From contig JBHIAH010000078.1 of assembly GCA_046758505.1 (NCBI GenBank), positions 1 to 12,999 of the forward strand: 12,999 nucleotides of DNA, written 5' to 3'. Made by a program: the position numbers and the translations under genes. This document shows positions 1 to 7,728 of this stretch, piece by piece. Below the pieces are notes generated by a model. It was not told the origin of the DNA. It was given only the letters and a program-made list of their open reading frames with translations, and ran no database searches. Positions within the stretch are counted from its first letter, which is position 1. Every line of letters starts with the position of its first letter. Origin of the DNA: Candidatus Methylomirabilales bacterium. Lineage in GTDB: Bacteria; Methylomirabilota; Methylomirabilia; Methylomirabilales; CSP1-5.

Positions 1-15
1 TAGGGTGACGCGTTC

Positions 16-1629
16 ATGGCCGGACCCCACCTCTCCCCCCTAACGTGGCTCACGGCTGCACTCCCCCTGGCCATCATCCTGATCCTGATGGTCCAGTTCC
101 GGTGGGGAGGGGCGAGGGCGGGGCCAGTCGGTGCAGTCTCCGCCGCCCTCGCGGCAGTGCTTGTTTTTGGCGCGGGTCCCGGAGTGCTCGGGGTTGCCCT
201 CTGGAAGGGGGTGATCCTGAGCCTGCATGTCCTCTATATCATCTGGCCCGCCTTACTCCTCTACCATGTGGTCGAGGGCTCGGGTGCCATTCGAAGCATC
301 GGAGGGGGCGTGGCCGCCCTCACCGAGGATCATATCCTTCAACTCCTGATCCTCGGCTTTGCCTTCTCCTCGTTTCTGCAGGGCGTGGCCGGGTTCGGGG
401 TGCCGGTCGCGGTGGTGGCCCCCCTCTTGATCGGACTCGGGTTTCCGCCGGTGCAGGCGACGGCGGTTCCGCTGGTCGGGCACGCCTGGGCCGTCACCAT
501 GGGAGATCTGGCCTCCTCGTTTCAGGCCTTGGTAGCGGTGACCGACCTCCCTGCACGGGCACTCGGCCTCTGGACAGCGGTCTTTCTCGGGATTGCCTGC
601 CTGCTGACAGGATTCTGTGTCGCACACCTGCACGCCGGGTTCCGACCGATCCGGCGATGTCTTGGCGCCATTGTACTCCTCAGTGTTTCGATGACCGTGA
701 CCCAACTCGTCCTCGCCTATCTGGAATCCTGGATCCTGGCGAGCTTCTGTGCCGGGATGGTCGGACTGACGCTGGGCCTCGTCCTGGCGAGGCTCAGCCA
801 CGGGGGGCGCCCCACGGTGATGGGGCTCCTCCCCTCGTGGCCCCCTCCATGGGGGCGTCGGACACCCCACCGGGAGGTGGCCGCGGAGTTTAAGAAAGGG
901 AAGATGGGGTTTCATCTGGCCTTCTCGGCCTACTATGGGCTCGTGGTCATCGTGACGGCTGCGACCCTGATTCCCCCCCTTCACCGGATCCTGAATGCCT
1001 TGCGCCCCACCTTTTACTTTCCCCAGACGGTGACCGCGTCCGGGTGGGTGACGGAGGCGTCGCACTACGCCTTGAGCCTCTTTGGGCATCCGGGGGCGTA
1101 CCTGCTCTACACGGCAGCTTTCGCCTGGGGCATGTATCGGGTTACCGGGCATTGGGAGACAGGGGAGTGGAGGGTCGTGGTTCGCCGAACGGTGGAGGAG
1201 GGGATCCCCACGAGCATCGGGATCCTCTTCATGGTGGTGATGGCGATGGTTATGTCCTATAGTGGGATGACCTTTCTCCTGGCCCGGGGGACGATCGCCG
1301 TGGCCGGTGGTGCCTACCCCGTCTTGAGTCCCTTTGTCGGGCTTCTCGGCTGTTTCATGACCGGCTCGAACACGAATTCGAACGTCCTCTTCGGGGCGCT
1401 CCAACGGGATATCGCCCTGCTCCTCGGAAAGAATCCGGCCGTCATGGCCGCCCTGCAGACGACCGGGGGGGCCTTGGGGAGCATGGTGGCCCCGGCCAAG
1501 GTGCTGGTGGCGTGCGCCACGGCCGGCCTGCAGGGGAAGGAGGGGGAGGTCATGGGGGTGACCATGAGGTACTGCCTCCCTCTGACTCTCTTGATCGGAA
1601 TCCTCGGCTGGGTCATCCTGAGCCTGTAA
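16..1629 (+). CDS. lctP: L-lactate/glycolate permease family (LctP) transporter
   Basis: 537-aa highly hydrophobic multi-TM ORF with LctP-type motifs: 'QLLILGFAFSSFLQGVAGFGVPVAVVAPLLIGLGF', 'GHAWAVTMG', 'SPFVGLLGCFMTGSNTNSNVLFGALQ' and 'GGALGSMVAPAKV..ACATAGL.GKEG'. Confidence 0.88.
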   Translation: MAGPHLSPLTWLTAALPLAIILILMVQFRWGGARAGPVGAVSAALAAVLVFGAGPGVLGVALWKGVILSLHVLYIIWPALLLYHVVEGSGAIRSIGGGVAALTEDHILQLLILGFAFSSFLQGVAGFGVPVAVVAPLLIGLGFPPVQATAVPLVGHAWAVTMGDLASSFQALVAVTDLPARALGLWTAVFLGIACLLTGFCVAHLHAGFRPIRRCLGAIVLLSVSMTVTQLVLAYLESWILASFCAGMVGLTLGLVLARLSHGGRPTVMGLLPSWPPPWGRRTPHREVAAEFKKGKMGFHLAFSAYYGLVVIVTAATLIPPLHRILNALRPTFYFPQTVTASGWVTEASHYALSLFGHPGAYLLYTAAFAWGMYRVTGHWETGEWRVVVRRTVEEGIPTSIGILFMVVMAMVMSYSGMTFLLARGTIAVAGGAYPVLSPFVGLLGCFMTGSNTNSNVLFGALQRDIALLLGKNPAVMAALQTTGGALGSMVAPAKVLVACATAGLQGKEGEVMGVTMRYCLPLTLLIGILGWVILSL

Positions 1630-1691
1630 GCCACCCCCCCCAAGACGGTGCTCGGGAACCTGTCAAGCGAGGCGTGTCCCTGCGGAGGTAG

Positions 1692-2123
1692 ATGGCAGGG
1701 GAACGTGTGTATCAAAAAAGAGGTCACAACGGACATGAGGGGTTCGTTTGGCTGGTCACATGTTGCAGCTTTCTCGCCCTGGCCTTACGTTCGGGGTCAG
1801 AGCCGGCGAGGGAAAGCAGTGGGGGCAGCAGGCGGAGGACAGCTTTCGCCTTGGCCCGGGGATGGGCCTGTAGCTTATGATCCAAGCGGAGTGGCTGGGG
1901 CACACGGGAGAGGATGAGGACCTTGGGCGCGCAGGAGCGGGAGGAATACCGCAAGAACTGACATAGAAAGATGGTCGAGCGGCCCCAGGAGCGCGGCATC
2001 ACCATGCCCGAGGCCCGGGCCCTCACGGGAGGGGGATGGGCATGGGTCCCGGAAAGGGTATGGGCCCCCACGGCGGTGGCATGGGAGGCCGTGGTGTTGG
2101 GATGGGCTGCATACGTCTCCTAG
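1692..2123 (+). pseudogene. Degraded gene for a small secreted helical protein with a Gly/Met-rich C-terminal tail
   Basis: Four frame segments stitch into one coherent protein. (1) Signal-peptide-like FVWLVTCCSFLALAL. (2) 1805-1903, GEGKQWGQQAEDSFRLGPGMGL*LMIQAEWLGH, with TAG at 1871. (3) 1905-2015, RERMRTLGAQEREEYRKN*HRKMVERPQERGITMPEA, with TGA at 1959. (4) From 2015, PGPHGRGMGMGPGKGMGPHGGGMGGRG. SD-like sites lie before ATG 1692 (GGAGGT) and ATG 1735 (AAGAGGT). Boundaries are approximate. Confidence 0.7.
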
Positions 2124-2208
2124 AGGATAGCACCATCGCAGGGTCGTCTTTCAGGCGGGGGGAGGCGTACGAGGTTCCCGGTGCTTTTCGCGATTGGAGG
2201 CGAGCACA

Positions 2209-2595
2209 ATGACGGCACTCGAAGTTATTGCAACGGTCTTTGCAGTCCTCGTCTTGGTAAAGGTCGCAGTCGTCGTGATCGATCCACGGTTGTGGATAAA
2301 GAAGGTGGCTGGGCCATTATTGGGAAACCCCCGGCTGGCGACGGCCGTGTATGCGGTTTTGGCGCTCGTGATCGGGTACTATGTTTTTGCGAGCCTGCGT
2401 ATCGTCGAGGTCGCCGCGGTGATGTGCTTTACCGCGCTCGTGATGGGGCTGGGTCTCCTGCCGTATTCACAAGCGCTGCTCAGGGTCGCAGAGGAGATGG
2501 CGGCGACACGATCGGAGCTCTTGCGCAACGCGTGGCTCCCCATAGTGATTTGGGTTGCCATCGCGCTCGGGGTCCTCTCCTCCGTTTTTGCCTAG
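2209..2595 (+). CDS. Hypothetical inner-membrane protein (~128 aa, ~4 TM helices)
   Basis: Four hydrophobic stretches. GGAGG at 2196-2200 lies 8 nt before ATG 2209, which is preferred over the track's TTG at 2194. Confidence 0.75.
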   Translation: MTALEVIATVFAVLVLVKVAVVVIDPRLWIKKVAGPLLGNPRLATAVYAVLALVIGYYVFASLRIVEVAAVMCFTALVMGLGLLPYSQALLRVAEEMAATRSELLRNAWLPIVIWVAIALGVLSSVFA

Positions 2596-2648
2596 GCAAA
2601 ATAGGGACAGCGCCCATTATTGAGAGACCGGATGGAAAGGCACACGCC

Positions 2649-2726
2649 TCAGTCGCCGGGAGGAGGGCGCCATCCGTGGCGGGCTGTCGCGGCCTCGTAC
2701 ACTCGTTTCCTCTGGAGAATGGTCAA
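2649..2726 (-). pseudogene. 25-codon ORF / truncated remnant resembling the DUF488 (YeaO-like) N-terminus
   Basis: On the - strand a perfect SD GGAGGT (2739-2734) lies 7 nt before TTG 2726. The translation MTILQRKRVYEAATARHGWRPPPGD* recalls the DUF488 start 'I.lKRvYe....DG.R', but the expected 'LVDRLWPRG' is absent. Confidence 0.4.
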
Positions 2727-2965
2727 GATCCACACCTCCCTCCGCACGCAGGTTGGTGTCAGGCATGCGATTTTGACCTTTCCCCTCCCCCTTCTATTTC
2801 TGCACCCTAAGGACCCACCCTCCTCCTGAGGGCTTCCGTGAGAAACGGGCAGTTTGAGCTTGACAACAGGGATGCCCATGGGAGTACAAAGATGCCACCT
2901 GCAGGCGACTCTTCTCCAGCCGGGTAATGTCACTCTAGGAACCGCCTCCGGGTCACAATAGTTGG

Positions 2966-2980
2966 TGGCGCGGTTGATGC
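2966..2980 (+). promoter_or_regulatory. Candidate sigma-54 (-24/-12) promoter for the ABC operon
   Basis: TGGCGCGGTTGATGC has exact GG-N10-GC spacing and matches TGGCACG-N4-TTGC at 9 of 11 defined positions. It lies 75 nt upstream of the SBP start codon. Confidence 0.4.
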
Positions 2981-3055
2981 CATTTCCCGCGGGGCATCGG
3001 GTAAAGTACGGCCCTCCGACCAATGTCGATCCGTGACCTTAAAGGAGGAACAATC

Positions 3056-4270
3056 ATGAGAAGAAATGGCATACCCTTTCTTGCCGTGCTGGGCATGGCG
3101 TTGCTGGTTGCCATTGCGCCCGGGGCCGACGCGGCGAAAACGATCAAGATCGGCGCTATTTACATCATGTCCGGTCCCTTCGCCACCTATGGCAAGTTCG
3201 CGCGCGATGGCTTGGAGCTGGCGGTCGACGAGATCAACGCCTCCGGCGGGGTGATGGGCCGCAAGCTCGAACTTGTGATCGAGGATTCTACGGGCAAGGC
3301 GAACGTGGCCATCCAGGCTGCCCGCAAGTTGGTCTTCCAGGAGAAGGTGGATGCACTGATCGGTCTCGATAGCAGCGGCGTGGCCCGGGGTGTGGCGCCA
3401 ACAATTCCGGAACTGAAGCGGACATTACTCATCACCCACGCCGCGACTCCGGATGTGACCGGCAAGCTGTGCAACAAGTACGTCTTCCGCGACAGCGTCA
3501 ATATCAACCAGAACCTGAAGGCCGCGGCCCTGTTAGCCAAGAGCATTGGGGCCAAGCGCTGGACGACCATCGGGCCGAACTACGCCTTCGGCCACCAGTC
3601 CTGGGAGTTCTTCCAGAAGTACCTGAAAGAGCTCCAGCCCAACGTGAAGTTCCTGGGCCCGGCCTTCCCCAAGTTCGGCTCCGAGGACTTTACGCCGTTC
3701 ATCAATAAGGTCATCGCGGCCAAGCCGGACGGCGTCGTGATTTCCCTGTGGGGCGGTGACCTGGTGAACTTCGTGCGCCAGGCCAATAACCTGGGCTTTT
3801 TCAAGAAGGATTTTAAAGTCCTGCTGACCCTCGGTGGGGCGGTCGAGGTGCTGACCGCTCTTGGCGACCAGATGCCGGAGGGCCTGTGGGTCGGCACCCG
3901 GTACTGGTTCAAGGCCAAGGACACGACCATCAACAAGAAGTTCGTCAAGGCGTACAGAAAGCGCTTCGGCGCGTATCCCAGCTATAACTCCCAGAACGCA
4001 TACGCCGGCATTTACGTCTATAAGGCCGCCATGGAGAAGGCCGGCAGCACCGACCCCGACAAGATCGCGGCGGCAATGAGCGGCCTGACGATCAGCGCGC
4101 CGATCGGCACGTTTACCCTTCGGGCCGAGGACCATCAGGCCACCGTCGATGGTTTCTGGGGTGTGACCAAGGCCGACGCCAGGTACCGGATCCGCATTCT
4201 CGATCCGATCCGGGTGTTCCCGTCGGCTCAAATTACCCCCTCGCCGGCCGAAACGGGATGTAAGCTGTAG
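3056..4270 (+). CDS. ABC transporter substrate-binding protein, LivJ/LivK-like (type I periplasmic binding fold)
   Basis: Strong SD AAAGGAGG (3041-3048) before ATG 3056. Signal peptide ends ..GADAA. Motifs: 'IKIGAIYIMSGPFATYG', 'AVDEINASGGVMGRKLELVIEDS', 'AAKPDGV..LWGGD..FVRQA' and 'KAAMEKAGSTD'. Confidence 0.93.
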   Translation: MRRNGIPFLAVLGMALLVAIAPGADAAKTIKIGAIYIMSGPFATYGKFARDGLELAVDEINASGGVMGRKLELVIEDSTGKANVAIQAARKLVFQEKVDALIGLDSSGVARGVAPTIPELKRTLLITHAATPDVTGKLCNKYVFRDSVNINQNLKAAALLAKSIGAKRWTTIGPNYAFGHQSWEFFQKYLKELQPNVKFLGPAFPKFGSEDFTPFINKVIAAKPDGVVISLWGGDLVNFVRQANNLGFFKKDFKVLLTLGGAVEVLTALGDQMPEGLWVGTRYWFKAKDTTINKKFVKAYRKRFGAYPSYNSQNAYAGIYVYKAAMEKAGSTDPDKIAAAMSGLTISAPIGTFTLRAEDHQATVDGFWGVTKADARYRIRILDPIRVFPSAQITPSPAETGCKL

Positions 4271-4299
4271 GAGAACCCGCAGTTGCTTCGTGCAGATTT

Positions 4300-4331
4300 G
4301 CCCCCCGGGGGACGCCGCGCTCCCGGGGGGC
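4300..4331 (+). other. Intercistronic GC-rich stem-loop after the SBP gene
   Basis: GCCCCCCGGG (4300-4309) pairs perfectly with CCCGGGGGGC (4322-4331), plus one G-U pair and a 10-nt loop. There is no U-tract, so it is more likely an mRNA stabiliser or attenuator than an intrinsic terminator. Confidence 0.6.
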
Positions 4332-4398
4332 CCCGCCGGGCCCGTCGTCCAACGACCGAACATTCAACCGTGTTCGCATTGCCGGAAATGACAGATTG

Positions 4399-5262
4399 AT
4401 GACAGCTTTCGTCGCAGCGCTACTCAATAGCCTCGAATTCGGCTTACTGCTCTTCATCATCGCATCGGGACTGACGGTCATCTTCGGCGTGTTGGGCGTT
4501 CTCAATTTCGCCCACGGTGCCCTCTACATGGTGGGGGCATACCTGGCCTTTACAGTCGCGCACCATTTGAGCCTGCCGTTCTGGGTCAGCATCGCAGTGG
4601 TGCCTCTGGTCGTCACCGCCCTGGCGATCCTGCTCGAGCGCCTGATGTTGCGATGGATCTACGATCGGCACCCCAGCTACGGGCTCCTGCTCACCTTCGC
4701 TCTGCTGCTGATCCTGGACGATTCGGTGCGATTGATCTGGGGTGCCGGCTATCAGATCGTCGATCCGCCGGAGGCCCTGCAAGGCACCTTCACCCTGCTC
4801 GGCGCTACGTATCCCGTCTACAGCCTGTTTATCATCTTCTCCGCCGTCGCCATCGGCCTGTTCACATGGGTGCTGTTCACGCGTACCCGCATCGGAAAGG
4901 CGGTGCGGGCGGCGGCCATCGATCGCGAAATGGCCGAGGCTATCGGCATCGACGTGGCGCGCGTATTCACCATCGTCTTTGCTTTTGGCGCCTTCCTGGC
5001 TGGGCTGGCCGGAGTCCTCGCGGCACCCCTGCGCGCGCTCGGCCCCTCGATGGGAGACCGGATTATCATCGAGTCATTCATCGTCGTGGTCATTGGGGGC
5101 CTCGGAAGCTTCCCGGGCGCCCTGGCGGGCGCACTGATTCTCGGCCTCCTCCATGGCTTCGGCGGGCGGTGGTTGCCTGAATTTGACATCGCGCTACCTT
5201 ACGTGGGCATGGCGCTCGTCTTGCTTCTGCGGCCCCAGGGCCTGCTCGGGAGGTCGAATTGA
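4399..5262 (+). CDS. livH: Branched-chain amino acid-type ABC transporter permease (LivH-like)
   Basis: Motifs 'ASGLTVIFGVLGVLNFAHGALYMVGAY', 'RTRIGKAVRAAAIDREMAEAIGID', 'FIVVVIGGLGSFPGALAGALILG' and 'LLRPQGLLG'. Confidence 0.92.
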   Translation: MTAFVAALLNSLEFGLLLFIIASGLTVIFGVLGVLNFAHGALYMVGAYLAFTVAHHLSLPFWVSIAVVPLVVTALAILLERLMLRWIYDRHPSYGLLLTFALLLILDDSVRLIWGAGYQIVDPPEALQGTFTLLGATYPVYSLFIIFSAVAIGLFTWVLFTRTRIGKAVRAAAIDREMAEAIGIDVARVFTIVFAFGAFLAGLAGVLAAPLRALGPSMGDRIIIESFIVVVIGGLGSFPGALAGALILGLLHGFGGRWLPEFDIALPYVGMALVLLLRPQGLLGRSN

Positions 5263-6203
5263 TGCGCCTGGGGATCGGAGTGCTGCTCGTTGCGTTCGCG
5301 GCGGGTCTGGTGGTGCTGCCGTTCGTGGGCCCTTACTTCGTGATCTTTGTGGCCACCGAGATCCTGATCATGGGGCTATTCGCCACGAGCTTTAACCTGC
5401 TCTTTGGGTACACGGGGCTTCTGTCGTTTGGCCATGCGGCGTACTTTGGCACCGGAGCCTACGTGGCCGCCCTGCTGCTCCGCGACGTCCAGCCGGATTT
5501 CATCTGGGTCCTGGTGGCTGGGGCAGTGGGGGCGGGCCTGTTGGCGCTGGCGATCGGGTATCTCTGCGTGCACCTCAACGAGGTCTATTTCGCCATGCTC
5601 ACGCTGGCCTTCGGCATGATGATGTTCGCCGTCTTCCATCAGTGGCGGAGCCTCACCGGGGGTAGCGACGGCGTCGCGGGTTTTCCCATCACCGACCTCG
5701 GCCTGGGCTTTGACGCGCAACTGGCGAACCCGGTCCATTTCTACTACCTGACCCTGGTGGTGGCTTCAATCAGCGCGTTCCTGCTTTACCGGATCACGGT
5801 CTCGCCCTTCGGTCTGATCCTTCGGGCCATGCGCGAGAACACCGAGCGCGTGGCCTTCGCCGGCATTCCCGCGTACCGCTACCGGCTGTACGCCTTCGGG
5901 CTGTCTGGGTTGTTCTCGGGCGTGGCGGGGGCGCTGTTCGCCCCCTTCAATCGCATTGCCGTCCCCGACATGGCCCACTGGACCCAGTCCGCGGAACCGG
6001 TGCTGATGACTATCCTTGGGGGTGCCCAATACTTTTTCGGCCCGCTGTTCGGCTCGGCCGTGTTCCTGATCCTGAAGCAATGGATCACTACCTACACGGA
6101 GGAATGGATGATCTACCTCGGCGTCATCCTCGCGTTCATGGTCATCGTGCTGCCGCGGGGCTTTCTGGGCCTCTTCGACCGCTGGCTGAGGGGGCGGTCA
6201 TGA
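5262..6203 (+). CDS. livM: Branched-chain amino acid-type ABC transporter permease (LivM-like)
   Basis: Motifs 'SFNLLFGYTGLLSFGHAAYFGTGAY', 'YFAMLTLAFG', 'LTGGSDG' and 'SPFGLILRAMREN'. TGATG overlap with the livH stop. Confidence 0.92.
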   Translation: MRLGIGVLLVAFAAGLVVLPFVGPYFVIFVATEILIMGLFATSFNLLFGYTGLLSFGHAAYFGTGAYVAALLLRDVQPDFIWVLVAGAVGAGLLALAIGYLCVHLNEVYFAMLTLAFGMMMFAVFHQWRSLTGGSDGVAGFPITDLGLGFDAQLANPVHFYYLTLVVASISAFLLYRITVSPFGLILRAMRENTERVAFAGIPAYRYRLYAFGLSGLFSGVAGALFAPFNRIAVPDMAHWTQSAEPVLMTILGGAQYFFGPLFGSAVFLILKQWITTYTEEWMIYLGVILAFMVIVLPRGFLGLFDRWLRGRS

Positions 6204-6958
6204 CGGCGCCACTCCTGGAGGTGCAGAGCGTCAGCAAGTCCTTCGGGCACTTCGTTGCGGTCGACGACATTTCGCTGGCGATCCAGGAAGGTGAGCTGAC
6301 GGCCCTGATCGGACCCAACGGCGCCGGTAAGACCACCTTCTATAACCTGGTCTCCGGGCGGCTGAAGCCTACCAAGGGCTCGGTCTCATTTCGCGGCACC
6401 GATATTACAGGCCTGCCCCCACACCGCATCTCGCGGCTGGGTATTTCCCGGTCGTTTCAGATTACCAACATCTTCAACGAGCTCAGCGTGCTCGAGAACA
6501 TCCAGGTCGCCCTCGTTGCCCGCCACAACAAGGGGCTGAACCTGTGGCAGGTCAGCGCCCGCGATAAGGAATTGGAGGAGCAAGGCCTCGAGATCCTGGC
6601 CCGCCTCGGGCTCGAATCTCTGGCCCGGGCGCGCGCGGCGACGCTGAGCCACGGTGACAAGCGGCGGGTGGAACTGGCCATCGTGCTGACCACCGAGCCC
6701 AAGCTGGTGCTGCTTGACGAGCCGACGTCAGGGATGACGCCGGAGGAGACCCATGCGGTCGTAGGTCTAATCAGGAGGCTAGCGGACGCCGGCCCCTACA
6801 CATTTTTTCTGACAGAGCACGATATGGACGTGGTCTTCGGGCTCGCCCAGAAGATCTTTGTTATGCACCGCGGGGGGCTACTGGCCGAGGGGACGCCCGA
6901 GGCGATCAGGAACGATTCCAGCGTTCGCACTGCCTACCTCGGGGAGGAAGTGGGGTGA
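6200..6958 (+). CDS. livG: ABC transporter ATP-binding protein (LivG-like)
   Basis: Walker A GPNGAGKTT, 'GISRSFQ', signature LSHGDKRR, Walker B LLDEPTSG, H-loop TEHDM and C-terminal 'VRTAYLG'. The ATGA overlap with livM gives start 6200 rather than 6080. Confidence 0.93.
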   Translation: MTAPLLEVQSVSKSFGHFVAVDDISLAIQEGELTALIGPNGAGKTTFYNLVSGRLKPTKGSVSFRGTDITGLPPHRISRLGISRSFQITNIFNELSVLENIQVALVARHNKGLNLWQVSARDKELEEQGLEILARLGLESLARARAATLSHGDKRRVELAIVLTTEPKLVLLDEPTSGMTPEETHAVVGLIRRLADAGPYTFFLTEHDMDVVFGLAQKIFVMHRGGLLAEGTPEAIRNDSSVRTAYLGEEVG

Positions 6959-7656
6959 TGCTCCGACTCGAAGAGGTGCACAGCTACTATGGTGAAAGCC
7001 ACGTGCTTCAGGGGATCAGCCTGGGGGTGAGCGCCGGCGATGTGGTCTGCCTGCTGGGACGGAACGGGGCCGGCAAGACCACTACGCTGCGCTCGATTAT
7101 GGGCCTGACGCCGGCCCGCGAGGGCAGGGTCCTGTTCAGGGGCGAGCCCATCCAGCGAAAGACGGCGAACCGGATCGCCCGCATGGGTATCGGCTTCGTG
7201 CCCGAGGATCGGCGCATCTTTCCAGGTCTGACCGTGCATGAGAACCTGCAGGTGGCCCAGAGGCCCAGGGTGGAGGGGGAGCGCCGCTGGCCGTTCGAGA
7301 AGATCTACGATCTTTTCCCCATGCTTGCCGAGATCCGCACCCGTTCCGGGGACTACCTCAGCGGTGGGGAGCAACAGATGCTCGCGATCGCCCGCGCCCT
7401 GGTCGGCGAACCCGAGCTGTTGCTCCTCGACGAGCCGAACGAAGGGCTGGCGCCGGTGATCGTTCAGCAGGTGGGGAGGCTGATCGACGAACTGGCCAAG
7501 ACCATCACTGTCCTGTTCACCGAACAGAACATCCGGTTCGCCCTCAAGCATGCCGACCGTGGCTATGTTATCGAGAAGGGGCGCATCCGGTACCACGCGC
7601 GCACCGAAGAGTTCCGGTCGAACCCTGAGATCCTGGAAAGGTTGCTTAGCGTCTGA
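6958..7656 (+). CDS. livF: ABC transporter ATP-binding protein (LivF-like)
   Basis: Walker A GRNGAGKTT, 'VPEDRRIFPGLTVHENL', LSGGEQQMLAIARAL, LLLDEPNEGLAP and TEQN. Overlaps the livG stop (GTGATG; alternative start 6955). Confidence 0.93.
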   Translation: MLRLEEVHSYYGESHVLQGISLGVSAGDVVCLLGRNGAGKTTTLRSIMGLTPAREGRVLFRGEPIQRKTANRIARMGIGFVPEDRRIFPGLTVHENLQVAQRPRVEGERRWPFEKIYDLFPMLAEIRTRSGDYLSGGEQQMLAIARALVGEPELLLLDEPNEGLAPVIVQQVGRLIDELAKTITVLFTEQNIRFALKHADRGYVIEKGRIRYHARTEEFRSNPEILERLLSV

Positions 7657-7728
7657 CCGACTGCTGATCCGGGAGGGCCTCCGGTCCAGAAGGGGAGGCC
7701 GAGGAGGGGGTAGTTCTCGACGCCGGGC

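Noticed and set aside
45..1404. Long overlapping ORFs 45..893 (+) and 253..1404 (-)
   Set aside because: Shadow frames of lctP in GC-rich DNA, with Arg/Pro/Gly-rich translations and no motifs.
2030..2110. Repeated ATGGG units as a CRISPR array or DNA tandem repeat
   Set aside because: Spacing is irregular and there are no spacers. The pattern is explained by Met-Gly codons of the pseudogene tail.
2761..2776. AGGCATGCGATTTTGA as a sigma-54 site
   Set aside because: It lacks GC at the required GG-N10-GC position.
2181..2810. 209-aa + strand ORF
   Set aside because: Alternate frame over the 4-TM gene, with no SD or recognisable composition.
2860..2890. TTGACA as a sigma-70 promoter for the ABC operon
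   Set aside because: The best -10 (TACAAA) is 19 nt away and lacks the final T. Not called as a feature.
3533..7596. Antisense ORFs over the ABC operon (e.g. 3533..4363, 6934..7596)
   Set aside because: Mirror frames of the conserved transporter genes, with no independent evidence.
7676..7700. GGCCTCC/GGAGGCC hairpin between the converging livF and radical SAM genes
   Set aside because: A 7-bp stem with an 11-nt loop and no U-tract on either strand is too weak to call a terminator.
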